34,982 bases of DNA from Intoshia linei (taxonomy: Eukaryota > Animalia > Orthonectida), in NCBI GenBank assembly GCA_001642005.1, contig LWCA01000271.1:1-34982 (forward strand), given 5' to 3'. How positions within the stretch are numbered: position 1 is the stretch's first letter; each line of letters begins with the position of its first letter. The notes under the pieces were generated by a model. The model ran no database searches. It was not told where the DNA came from and was given only the letters and a program-made list of their open reading frames with translations. Below are positions 11,516-23,400 of the stretch, in pieces. Position numbers and translations under genes: made by a program.

Positions 11516-11758
11516 TTCAATTATAATTTCAAGTAGCAAATGTTATGAATAAACTAGTACGCAGTCAAGTTATGTTTAATTATTAAATATTTTATTTAGA
11601 ATTTTGAACCATATTGCTATGTAATGTATATGGGAAACCCACATAAATAAATATTTAACTAGTTTCTAAGTACATTGAGTTGTATTTACTAAATCATAGA
11701 AATATAAAAAAATAAATTTAAATATATTTATTAACTATTTATCTATAATTACAAAAAG

Positions 11759-12100
11759 CTAGCCATAATATGGTGCTTCATATTTGAATCCAGAGTACAT
11801 GTAATTCCTTTTAATTTCATTTTCAAAGACGTTTTTTGTAAAATCTATAACATCTTGTCTGATTTCCAGGTTTTCAATCTTGTGAATTTCTTGAAATAAT
11901 CGATCAATGTAAGGTTGATATTTTTTGTGAGTATTTATAGTATTAACCACTTCTTTCCTGACTTCTAGAGCATATTTCTCGTTTTCTATAAACTTGGCAT
12001 GCGCTTCTTTAAAAAACTTGTTTATCTGCTTTGTGTTGAGTTTGAAACCAAGAAAGTTGGTTAGATTGCATTTGATATTGTATTCGTAGATGGACTGCAT
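11759..12100 (-). CDS. Hypothetical single-exon protein (~113 aa, MQSIYEY...EAPYYG)
   Basis: Open frame from the ATG at 12100, long for DNA this AT-rich, with charged helical composition. No family recognised. Confidence 0.55.
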   Translation of the reverse strand: MQSIYEYNIKCNLTNFLGFKLNTKQINKFFKEAHAKFIENEKYALEVRKEVVNTINTHKKYQPYIDRLFQEIHKIENLEIRQDVIDFTKNVFENEIKRNYMYSGFKYEAPYYG

Positions 12101-13012
12101 TTTCTTCAATTTCAATTTAAAATGTTTTAATAAATTCTTGATTCGGAAAAATTAATTAACTTAATTATTTATCACGTGTATCCTTAGTGAAACATAATTA
12201 CTGCTTGTGGTGCCAACAAGATGATATAATTATGTAGATGCAACCATATTACACAAAATAAAGGAATCAAGCCGTTATCAATAAATTGTTGTTTTATATC
12301 TAACGTAATCGATGAACGTACAATAGACATCGTACGTCGTATTGTTTATGTCAATACAAACCGTGTTGATAGGAATATAAAATAATGGCCAAAATTGATC
12401 AACCGTTTTTTGTGTAGATTATATCAGAGGAAGTGTCATGAATCCATTACTAATATATAAATTTGTTACACATAAATTGTGTATCTATTATATAAAAAAA
12501 TAAAACAATATTAATACATAGTATGTATTACATACTGTGTTTGACTATTGATCATATCAATTGTACAACGTGAGTTTAACTTGTTGGAGTCAAGAAAGTG
12601 GACTCCAGATTAAACAAACAATGAAAAGTTAATATTCTATGAAAGAATAAGCATTTGGGATTATAATTATATTAGAATTGACATCATATTAGTGACAATT
12701 TTTAATCTTTTTAGAAAAATTAAGATTAACATAATCTATTATAATTAATTCAAATGTATTATTAATATTAATTAAGTAATTCAGGAATAGATAACTTTTC
12801 GTGTCCACTGAAGGCTTGTGTAAAACCCTCGAAAAATTATATATTCAATGTTTCAAAAAAACTATAAACCTTAAAAAGTTACAGTATGGTCACAAAGAAT
12901 ATAGATTTTTTTTATAAAACTAACAATTATTCATCAAACAACTTATACCTTAGCCCCTACAGTTTTATCTGACGTAAACCGTTATATAACTATTTTATTA
13001 CATTAATCCATT

Positions 13013-14501
13013 ACTTGCATAAAATTGAATGTCTGTGTTACCGTATATGTAAAAAATTAACAGTCGTATAATTTAAAAAACCCAATTTATAATACAATTT
13101 TTTGCGAGTGATGTTTATAAATTTTTTATATCTACGTTTCATTATCCAAAATTAAGTCCTTCAGGGTCAAAAACCCAATTCCCACTTTTTTAAAAATAGA
13201 ATCAGCCCAAAATTAAACAAAATATACATTCTGGGACGCGTTTTAAAACCATTAAGATTGTCACAAATCTAAGCCACAGAAACGTACATCCTCATGGCCA
13301 AAACCACAAATTACTTTCGTTTTAAAAATGACATAAGTCTTAAAATTTTAAAAAAAAATTTTTAAAAATTCTGGAAATAGGTTTAAAATCATATGTATTA
13401 TCATAAATGGCAACCTCAATAAAGTACATTTCATTATCAAAACCACAAATTACCCTTTTTTTAAAAAATGAAAATAGTCCTAGAATATTAAAAAAAATTA
13501 CACCTGATACCGATATATCCAGTTAACACACACAAAAATTTTCAAAGTGACAAAGTGATGCCTTCACGGTCAAAAAAGTACTTTATTATTCATTTTTTTT
13601 TGAAAATATTTTATAAAAACAAAAAATTTGAAATGGTTAAGGTCCTATAATTAAAAAAAGGATTATTTTGATACAGATTATTCCACTTTATGTAGAGACA
13701 AAATTTCAACACCAGAAATCTAGGCATTTCCGGTGAAAAATAATTTTTAATGTATTATATCAACAAATATGTTGGGATTAAAATTAGAAATGAAAATGTA
13801 AATATTCATACTACAATTTCGAAAAAAATTTGAATTTACTTTATATACATTTTAAATACAAAAATATGGGTTTCAATCTGATAAATTGATTCCATCTATT
13901 TTTTGTCATTACTTAGTAATTTACTATGTAGTTTCTCATTTTCAAGTTTAGATTTAAATCCAGTATAACTTTGTTATTATTATGTTGAGATTTATTATAT
14001 TTATTTAATTATATTGGAAAAATTATTCGAAATGTATATTTAATTGTGCTAAATCCTTTATTTATAGATATAAATTATTTTTTTATTATCGAAAGCAGTT
14101 AATGAATATATTCCATCAAATTATACTACAGGTTTTTTAATTTTATTTTTTATGAAATTCATGTTATTTATGATGATTTTTAGGATTGTACTGTTTGGAC
14201 TTTATTTTTTAGAATATACCCTCATTGTCTCTAATAAATTAAAAAAATTGCATCACCAAATTTGCTTTTAAAAATTTTTTACATAAATAAAATTAAGTTA
14301 ATACTACTAAATTCTTACTTATATTAATTTGAATCGAGCAGTCCATCGTGAAATAAGTTTGGGAACCACTCCTTTACCCAAAATTAATCATAGAAGAAAA
14401 AACTATGTAATACAGGTATTTAAAATTTTATATTTTCTAGGATTTCTGAGCCTCGGTAGAGCCAGCTGCTGTTTGTACGAAGTACATAACAGTCAAGCTA
14501 G
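13013..14501 (+). mobile_element. Non-autonomous Helitron-like element, near full-length degenerate copy (5' end approximate)
   Basis: The 3' end has hairpin CTGTTTGTAC-GAA-GTACATAACAG followed by TCAAG-CTAG|T (14498-14502). The 5' region has GTCTGTGTTACCG. Internal blocks (CACGGTCAAAAAAG, CCAGAAATCTAnGCATTnCCGGTGAAAAATAATTTTTAAT) recur at 34320-34510. Confidence 0.75.
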
Positions 14502-14786
14502 TTTTCTAATAAAATTCCACCACACTGAAAAAATTTATAATTTTTTTTAATTATTACTACGTTCATAATTTGTCAATTTAAATTTTTACTTTGTTATATT
14601 TCTTTGTTATAATAACATTGTTATAGTTATATTGTATTAATAAATTTATATAAGTTAGGATTCACAAAATATAATAAACATCTACTAAGTAAATAAGGAT
14701 ACTAGGTAATCCATTTCGTGTCAACCGACGTGATTAGATTGATATTAAATTGAATTAGAAAATTATTATAATTCAAATAAAACTGA

Positions 14787-15423
14787 ATGTGGATTTTTAC
14801 TTATGGATTATTTGTTTGGCAGATTAGTTTCATATTTATTTCTTCCAATATATCGAATTTAAACAGATTTTGAATATAAAGACTCAGTTATCGGATTTGT
14901 CCCGGAACATCAACGAAGTTTTTCTCTTAAAAGTAAAGCTCGATGGGGTACAGAAAATGAAGTAATTAAATATAAAGTAGTTTTGTACATATTATTCATA
15001 GCCGGGACTAGTTCTTAATATTGAAAAAAATAAAAATGTAATTATAAAGATGAAAAATAAATCAATTAGTTATTTTAGGAAAATGTTTATGGTGTCGCTT
15101 ATAATCTGGACAAAGAGGCAATTCTAAAAATGGATGAAATAGAGGGTGACCCCTATGAAAAATATTTGGTGAAATTTGTACCCAATGATTCCAAATACAA
15201 TAATATCAAATGTTTTGCTTATTTTTGCAAAACAAATATCCCTTTATACGTAGGCATATCTGACATAGACAACCAAGCATTAATCATAAGTAAATCAAAA
15301 GGATCGCAAGGAAATAACTACGAATATGTTTTCAATCTAAGAGACAAAATGATGGAAATAAATTTACCAGTGGATCAATACTTGGAAAGTTTATATCAAA
15401 AATTATGTAAAATGATAAATTAA
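14787..15423 (+). CDS. ChaC-family divergent paralog C (4 exons)
   Basis: MWIFTYGLFVWQI/NFEYKDSVIGFVPEHQRSFSLKSKARWGTENE/PGLVLNIEKNKN/ENVYGVAYNLDKEAILKMDEIEGDPY...ISKSKGSQGNNYEYVFNL...DQYLESLY. Reading frame intact. Confidence 0.9.
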
Positions 15424-16240
15424 ACATTCGTATTTATTTGAGCATGGGAAACTGCCAAAATTAACAATCTTCCAGAAAGTACATGACTACCTGTAATTAT
15501 GTTGGAGTTATCATTGTGTTTCAAAGTTTAATAATACATTTTATATTATATTATTAACCATACCAATGATTATATACCAGGACTTGGTATGATATACTTT
15601 GAAAGTTGATATCTATTGATCACACTTTCACATATGTCAAGTAGTGAATATCGATTCGTGCCTTCACTTAACTTCTGAACTGAAAATTATAATATACTAA
15701 AATGTTATATTGATCATACCTAGAAATACTGTGTAAATAACCCGATGGGTGACACAATATCATGTTAATTTACATGTTAATGTTAAAAAATAATTTGATT
15801 CGATTTTATCATTCGTGGCTCCTTGAATTTTTATTTACAGTTCGCGACAGCATACTTTTGTCATAAATATTTGTGCTGTATTCATAAATATTAAATATAC
15901 AACTACAGTTTTAAAAATTAAATGTATGTTCATTAGGAAACATTTTATTTTCCCTAGCATAATAACTGTCGTTGACTGTTAATTTATATGACTAATACAT
16001 ATAGGAGGCCTATAATTTTAATCTGACTCTGCCCACTTTTGGATCTCCATGAACCTGAATATCCTACAATATTGTATGATACCTGGTATCTAGGAAAATT
16101 ATTAAAACGCGGAAAACAGGTAAAAATAAAAATTTAATTAAAATTACTCATTATTAAATAAATAATTCAGTACTAAAGGGGCTATAAATAATTACAAACA
16201 GCTAACAAATATAGAACTTTCAACACGCTAATATAAATTA

Positions 16241-16777
16241 CTAGGTTGACTGTTATGTACTACGTACAAACAGGACCTAGCTATGCCGAGGGCACATTTT
16301 TATTATAGTTAAAAAATAAATTCACGTTGAAAATCTAATTTAAAAATCCTACTATTCACAATTATCAATCCTATAAAGGAGTGGTTTCCAAATTTATGTC
16401 AGGTGGAACCATAATATCACATTAATTTTTACTTTAAAGTGAATTATTCCAAATTTCCAAATTTATGATTATATTTATGATAATAATTATGATTTTAAAA
16501 TCCGTATCAGCCAATATATTTTTTTAAATTCTCAAGAATTGATTTTCTCGTTTGATTTTCATTTATCTCTATTTCAATTTTCAAAAAGAGGGACAATTGG
16601 GGTTTTTGACCTGTATTGTTTCTGACCTGATGTGAGTTTGGGAGGTTGAAATTTATCGTATTATACGTCCCAGAAAAACTGTAATGGAAATGTAGACTTT
16701 ATAAAATTCTAAGACTAGTAGTTATTTCAATAAAGTGGAAAACACAAACCAAAATCGCATAGCATATTATATAAGTT
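16241..16777 (-). mobile_element. Internally deleted copy of the Helitron-like family
   Basis: A|CTAGGTTGACTGTTATGTACTACGTACAAACAG is the reverse complement of the hairpin plus CTAG|T end. The other end shares GTTATTTCAATAAA...CACAAAC...GCATAGCATATTATA with the copy at 30980-31160. Confidence 0.75.
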
Positions 16778-17418
16778 AAACTTATTTTTGGTTTAAAAAA
16801 TATGATACTGAATTTATTTAATGATTCACGTTTGGCACATCAAGTTTGATTTTCTAAATAAATTTGTATGCATCTATTAATTTTTGTTGTTTACCTTCGT
16901 TATCTAATACATGGATATTTTATAATTTCATTAACTTACTTCATAATATATTAGAATGTGGATCTTCACTTAAGGCTTATTTGTATGGAAGGCAAGTAAA
17001 TTAATTATAAGGGAAATTCATTAAAATATAAAATGCAGCCAATCTCTTTTAAATAGTATTATGAATCAATTAGCTCTGTCAAAATCATGTTGAGTTTTAA
17101 ATTGTACCAAAACTTTTATGTTATTTGTTCACTTATAGGGTAATTTGCTTTTTAATGGTTAAATCTTCCCTCAGTTATTAAATATATGTAATTTATATAT
17201 CGGCCACACTGTTTATCTTTAATTAAAATATTTTTAACTTAACTTATAATAAATAATTGTAAATGTATTATTAAACGTCAGCACTAAAAATTTAAAAAAA
17301 TCTGTTTTACACATTATACTATATAATTCTTCATAATTATGATAATGAAATTTTTGGCTAAGCATAATAATTTCAGAGTTAATTAATTGAATCATATGAT
17401 ACAGATAAGCATCTCAAC

Positions 17419-17868
17419 CAGGGGCGGATTCAAGGGGGTGCAAAAAGTGAAGTTCACCCTCCAAATTTTTTTAAAAAAAAATTTTCATTTATTAAAACAA
17501 TATAGATGGCGCATAACATTACATGAACAATTGATCATGTTACTTGAGGCCTTTTGTTATGTGGACTACCCTTATGAATTGCCACTATGACTATAATTTT
17601 GATATTGAAAGTTTGGTTAATGAATTTGCAATACTTCATCCAAGAAAACTGGACCCAATTGATTTAGGATTATTTTATCAACAAAATTAATTTCTCTTTT
17701 TTTTTGTGCTGATCATTTTTATATTTTTGCTAAAAAATACAAATTTGGAAACTATTGTATAACAACTTTTAAATGAAATTAAAAGAGACGTTCTAAAAAG
17801 TCGGCAAAGTTAAATATATTGCTCGCTTCGCTCGAATCCCATTAACTAGCCTCTTGGATCCGCCTCTG
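17419..17868 (+). mobile_element. hAT deletion derivative with 5-bp TSD (hAT5-like)
   Basis: TIRs CAGGGGCGGATTCAAG and CTTGGATCCGCCTCTG, with TCAAC on both flanks (17414-17418, 17869-17873). Internal remnant MNCHYDYNFDIESLVNEFAILHPRKL resembles the C-terminus of P52rIPK/THAP0-like hAT transposases. Confidence 0.8.
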
Positions 17869-18532
17869 TCAACGCAGTTAAATTATAGCGACCATTTTTC
17901 AAGGCAGAAATATTGAATTGATAATTATAATCTTATTCATTTTCAAGTTGTCACATCCTACATCAAAAGTGGTATACGATATATTTTTTCTTAAAATAAA
18001 ATGATCTATATTTGTAATTAGTAATTATTATCATTAAAACTGTTAGAATTCGAATACACGGAAAAATTGATTGGTTTTATACAAGGATACAAAAGAATTT
18101 TTGCTCAAAAAAGCATTACTTATTATGGCACAGATAGTAGAGTAATTTTATAATTAACAAAATATAAATGTAAATAAAATATAATAATAATTTTTGTTTT
18201 TTAAATATAGCCCGGTTTGGTATTAAATATTGAAAAAGAAAAAAATGTAATTAATAATAATTGATAGAACTTTGCGCAGTTCGACATCAGAGCCCTGGAC
18301 AGGGACTAGGATCAAATGGCTATTAGATTACATGGAATTAGGCAATAATGTGGCAAATGTTAACCCTTTTTGATAGATTATATTAGTTCCAAAATACCAG
18401 TCTATGGAAATTTTATTGACAGTATTATAATTAATACATTTTCATATTTCTATAGTTCAGTCAATTTAAATAAATTACTGGTCCGCCGTGAAAAAAGTGT
18501 GGAAACCCCTGAATCATACGGGCCATATCTAC

Positions 18533-18768
18533 TAGAGTTCTGCGTCGGATTGGGTTGAGGTGATATGTACGAACGAAACAAAAAAATTTTGTCCGAAAAA
18601 CACCCTTAACACGAAATACAAAAAATCCGAAACACGATTAAAATTTAATCAAAAATTAATTAAATTAAATTAAAGATTAGTTGTTGAAAACTTACAACAC
18701 AAAATATTGAAATTTTGTAAACACGATCCGAACACGAACTTCGGATCGGATCATGTTGCAGAATTCTA
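18533..18768. mobile_element. hAT-type MITE with TAG-type termini
   Basis: TIRs TAGAGTTCTGC and GCAGAATTCTA. Flanks ATATCTAC / GTACCTAC match at 6 of 8. Subterminal AACACGA/TCCGA repeats. Confidence 0.7.
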
Positions 18769-19569
18769 GTACCTACACAAAAAATAGAATTTAAAGAAAT
18801 TATTAATTTTAAATTTTTATGTAGTCAGTCCAAGTCCATTTGAGCATTTTCGATTGCTAATATTTAAACTATATTTTGACCGTATTGTCAGTTAAGGATT
18901 TTAATATATTATACATAATTATAAATGTGTTAATAGAATAATGTATATAGATTGGCTTTTAATGTAAATGCAGAAACTATGGCCATGCTCGACAAATTGG
19001 AAAGGAGTGGATATGAAAAAAACCATTAAAATTTACATTGGACGATTTAAGTGACAAAAATACAGAATCAACCATTTAATGCTTGGTATACGTCTGTAAA
19101 ATAAGCCATCCACTGTATGTTGGAAATTTAAAAGTTGAAAAAATATGTAATATGATATGTAAATTATCAGGCTGGCAAGGACGAAACTATAAATACCTAT
19201 TTAATTTACAAGAAGCATTACAAGCCTTAAAAGTACCAAAAGATGAATATATTGACGAAATTTATGTAAAAGTTAAAAAGTTACTAATGAATAGTAATTA
19301 ATATCATTATTTTTATATTATGTTCTTTGTCTACATTTTACATGCATGTTGACTCAAAACTATCATAATAAATGTTAAATTTTAGAAATGATTTAAATAA
19401 TTAAAAAACAAGTAAAAGGTTGCAATTAAAATATAATCTCATATGGTGAAAGTAAATGTAAAATTTTAATTATCCTGGTTAATAATTATAATCGAATGTA
19501 AAAAATATAATTTGGTAACAATATTCTACATATCAATTAAAATATTAGGTATATATAGTTAATAATATG

Positions 19570-20216
19570 TTAAGTGCAATTTTTAGTATTTAATTTTTGT
19601 TTCACTTTCTGGTATAGAGGTTCTAAACATTTATCGATCGGAGCATTGAGTTTTTTTAAACCATCTCTTATACCAAAAAGATATTTATGGTTTGGACCTT
19701 CATTGCCTTCAGAGCTGCAAATTGTTTGGGATATAATGTCCAAGTTAGTTTCAGTAGAAAGTGAAGGGTGACCTTTTACGCACATGTATGCCAAACATTC
19801 AATAGTTTTTCCGTTGTGTTTGTCGTCAACTGCTGTAAAAATCACTTTTCGTTTTTGATATGCATCCCCTTCTCGTCTATCCATATGATTAATTGTTTCA
19901 TCGTCCACATTATAAGCTACACCATAAACGGATTCCTAAAAATATTAAAATAAGAAATAAAACTCTTACATTATTATTTTCTTCAATATTGAGAGCTAAT
20001 CCTGGCTACCATATAATAAATATTAAAATAATAGTGATAAATACTTTCATATTTGTTCCCCATAGTCTAGTACTTATCGTGGTAAAACTTCTTTGATAAC
20101 CGCTAATGTAACCAAATGCAGTGTCATTGCTGAAAAAGTCTACATATTTGAAAATTTGATGAAATTGTCTTTTTACCTTTCTGCAAAATAAGCCATCCAT
20201 ATGTAAATATCCACAT
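19570..20216 (-). CDS. ChaC-family divergent paralog E (4 exons)
   Basis: MWIFTYGWLILQK/DFFSNDTAFGYISGYQRSFTTISTRLWGTNMK/PGLALNIEENNN/ESVYGVAYNVDDETINHMDRREGDAY...ICSSEGNEGPNHKYLFGI...DKCLEPLY. Reading frame intact. Confidence 0.9.
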
Positions 20217-20444
20217 TTTGTTTTTGAATGCTGTATAGAGAAATAGTTGAAATTTGATATTAAGATTAAAATAAAAATGTAGAAATTAATAAACGTTTAT
20301 TGTAAATAAGTATGTATTTATTTACATTGTTAATATTTATTTATTATTTATATAAGAAATAAAAGTTTCTTCGATTTTGAATATAAAGAAGCCGATATTT
20401 TACAAAAATATATTCAAAGATTTAATGAGATTTGTAACATTTAT

Positions 20445-23400
20445 TTAATTATGTCGATAGAAATGAATACATACTATAGCACAAACTAAAACTATTGTAT
20501 ACACCTAAATATATTCATTAGTTTTTTTATTATTATTATTTAAGAATTTCAAATTTTTGGGAATTTTTTCTTTTATAGTTAAATAAGAGGTTTTTCTTGT
20601 CGGGTTTGGTAAAAACGGATTTTTCAAAAAAATGTTATAAAGTGGATATAAATTGCTAAATTTGTATTTTCTCTGTTCGAGTTTTTTCTCCTTAGTAATA
20701 TTAATTAATTTCTGAAATAATATATTTCTTTAGCCGTGAACCCCTGTTATATAGCGTGGACCCCTTTGAGAAACACTGTTTTGAGATGTAATAAAATAAA
20801 TTATGTAATTTACAACGTAATTCCAGCATATATAGATATAATTGTAGGCCATTTGCACAACACAACCAAAAAAAGCATTTTCATAACATCTATAATTTCA
20901 TTCAATAACCATAATAATAACGATTATCATACTTGTCCATAATATATTGCATTATTTTGTATTTTTCTTTTGATACATCTTTAGGTAATACTCCGTTCAA
21001 AATGTGCGCCAATTCATATACTGCCTAAAAATACATACATGTATATGATTTACTACATTAATAATATTACATCATAATGATGGAACTTATGGAATGGAAT
21101 ATTACTTGTATGGAATTTTCATTGACGGCCAACAGATAATATTGTATACTGTGATTAATAATATCTTTATTGGTATAAATTTTAGCAATTTCCAACAAGG
21201 CTTTAATTTTTGAAGTTAATCTAATATCTTTTAAAGATTTTTTGTACAAATACAGAATTATGTCATCATCCATAATATTATTAAACTTAAAAGTTTCAAT
21301 TTCCTAAATAACATTAAATCAATTTAAATTTCATGAAACGGTATTTTGAATCATGTAAGCTGCATTGTAAGATGAAACTGAATTTCCCATTTCTGCAAGT
21401 TGCATGTATTCCCACCAAATTAAATTATTTCTCGTTTTGTTTTTTAAAGAATCACGAATATACCGTAATTTTTTGCATTCAAATAATGTTTGATGTAAAA
21501 TATTTTGTAAATGTCTAATTAATAAAAAATTTAAAAAAACGCAAGTCATCATAACTATGTTCATAAAATTACGTTTTAGGTTCATTAGTATTGGAAAATA
21601 TAGGAGGAATTCCATAGTTAAAATACTCGGAAAATAATGCAATAGCTTCAATCTGATCATATGAAACGGCCATTTTCAGATATTCATAAGCTTTTATCTA
21701 TAATTTTCTTTATTTTTTGTAAATTATAAATAATATTTCTAAAACTAACCAAGTTCATATACACTTCTAAAAATGTATAATCTGTATAGGTATTACCAGC
21801 ATTTTATTTTATTACCGTAATATTAAAAAATTAGTTTATTTTTGTAAAATACATTATTACAGAGTTGTCAGATGTTAACATTTTACTCCAACGTCTAGAC
21901 TCTAGAGTCTAAAAAACTACTACATTATTATTTTAAAAATTCCACTTTGATCCCACCATTTAATAAAAATATTAATAAAATTTAATAATATCTTCTAAAA
22001 AACACCATCTCAAGCTTTTGATGTAAAAATCCCTTCATTACTATTTTAAAAAAGCTTGTGAGGAAAAAACGTTTTCATCCAACCCCAAATAAAAAATACA
22101 ATTTTACCAATCTTCATGTCTTAACTTAAGGTACAATATCTTTTCCCACATTTTTTTGAAATTTTTATTTTCTATTTTATCAAGACTTATGAAAAAAATT
22201 CTTAATCCAACCACAAAATAAAAAACCAAAATTTTAGCAACCATGAAGGAAAAATCCCTTTTTCCGAGTACTCAGTTCTAATCATTAAAAATTTATGAGA
22301 CATACAATCGTCATTGTACATGAGTGTACATTTTACAAATTAATCATTTATAAATTTCAAAAAATTTGATGGTGCCATCAAAAGGTTATTGGTACCAATA
22401 AATCGACCACTCTTGATATAATACGTTTAATACGCTTTAAATTACAAATTGTAACAAGGCGTGGAAAATTTTAGCAATAAAGTAAAATTAAATTATATGT
22501 AAATTAGTAATGTAATTATTATTATTAATTTATTAAAATTAATGACACAATCCCTTTCTCATCATTAAAAAATTTTTTTTAAGTAAAAATCATGATAAAT
22601 TAATCATACTATGAAGCATATAATGTATTATCTTGATATTTACCTATATATAGAACATTAGAAAGGTTTAATTAAATTATATACTTATAATACATTAATT
22701 GACATATAATGTAGCATTACTCGGTCAATTGGAATAATTTTGCCATTTCCGTAATAGTATACAGATGCAACATTATAGGCTGCATCAAAATTGTCTCCAT
22801 TTTCTACAGATTTTTCGAACCACATTAAACCAGCTCTATAGTTTTTCAAAATATCATAATAATACCAACCTAGAGCATTCATAGCATAGGACGACCCCTA
22901 ATGATTTATAAATAATAATTAATTCTTTTTTTTATAATTAAATAAAATCTAATCATATTTACCAAAGTGCATGTGAGGCGTAAAAAATTATTAGGGACTA
23001 GTTACATATTATATTGTACTAGCTTGGCTGTTTTGTGCTTTGTACAAACAACACCTAGCTCTGCTGAGGGCGGACTTTATCTACTTCTACCAAATAATAT
23101 AATATTACATAACATTCCACTATTCACTATAACCAATCTTTTAAAATAATGGCTCCCAAACGGGTAAAGCAATTTTTTACTTTTAAATTATGGGACCATT
23201 TAATTATATCAATTTTTTTGTTTTAATGAAATTACTCAAAAAAATGGTAAACAGTATATTGCTTTTTTGAATATGAAAGCTTAATTTAACATTGAAACTT
23301 TATATATTTAACTGGAAAAAGCTGTATTAAATTTGATCTTTTTTTAGATTCTAAGAATATTCGGTTTTTTTAATTTTTTAAAATAACGATAATGCACAAT

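Larger units (their letters stand above)
16956..19301 (+). pseudogene. ChaC-family paralog D, pseudogene
   Basis: MWIFT*GLFVWKA (TAA at the conserved Tyr)/FEYTEKLIGFIQGYKRIFAQKSITYYGTDSR/PGLVLNIEKEKN/NNVYRLAFNV...LDKLERSGYE. Then a one-base frameshift in the A-run at about 19016-19022, a second in-frame TAA at about 19077, and CLVYVCKISHPLYVG...GRNYKYLFNL. Introns are expanded by TEs. Confidence 0.85.

Noticed and set aside
14329-14550. Short ORFs at 14329, 17387, 18370, 22967, 28727, 31121 and 33692
   Set aside because: They overlap TE termini or AT-rich non-coding DNA, often have non-ATG starts, and show no protein features.
15430-16130. Exon-like minus-strand segments between ChaC-C and the Helitron
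   Set aside because: Splice-like signals exist, but each frame I tried contains stops and no homology was recognised. At most a decayed gene.
16971-19080. In-frame TAA codons in ChaC-D as evidence of stop-codon reassignment
   Set aside because: TAA is the normal terminator of most genes here, the two TAAs replace different residues (Tyr and Glu/Lys), and there is also a frameshift. Pseudogenisation is simpler.
19574-20096. Plus-strand ORFs over ChaC-E, and similar shadows at 939-1121, 21333-21518, 31407-31598 and 32027-32296
   Set aside because: Antisense shadows of real coding exons.
20735-20778. Isolated hAT-like ends (TTTGAGAAACACTG at about 20765-20778, GGAAACCCCTG at about 18511, TAGGGATGATAAA at about 3713)
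   Set aside because: No matching partner TIR or TSD was found, so element boundaries cannot be supported.
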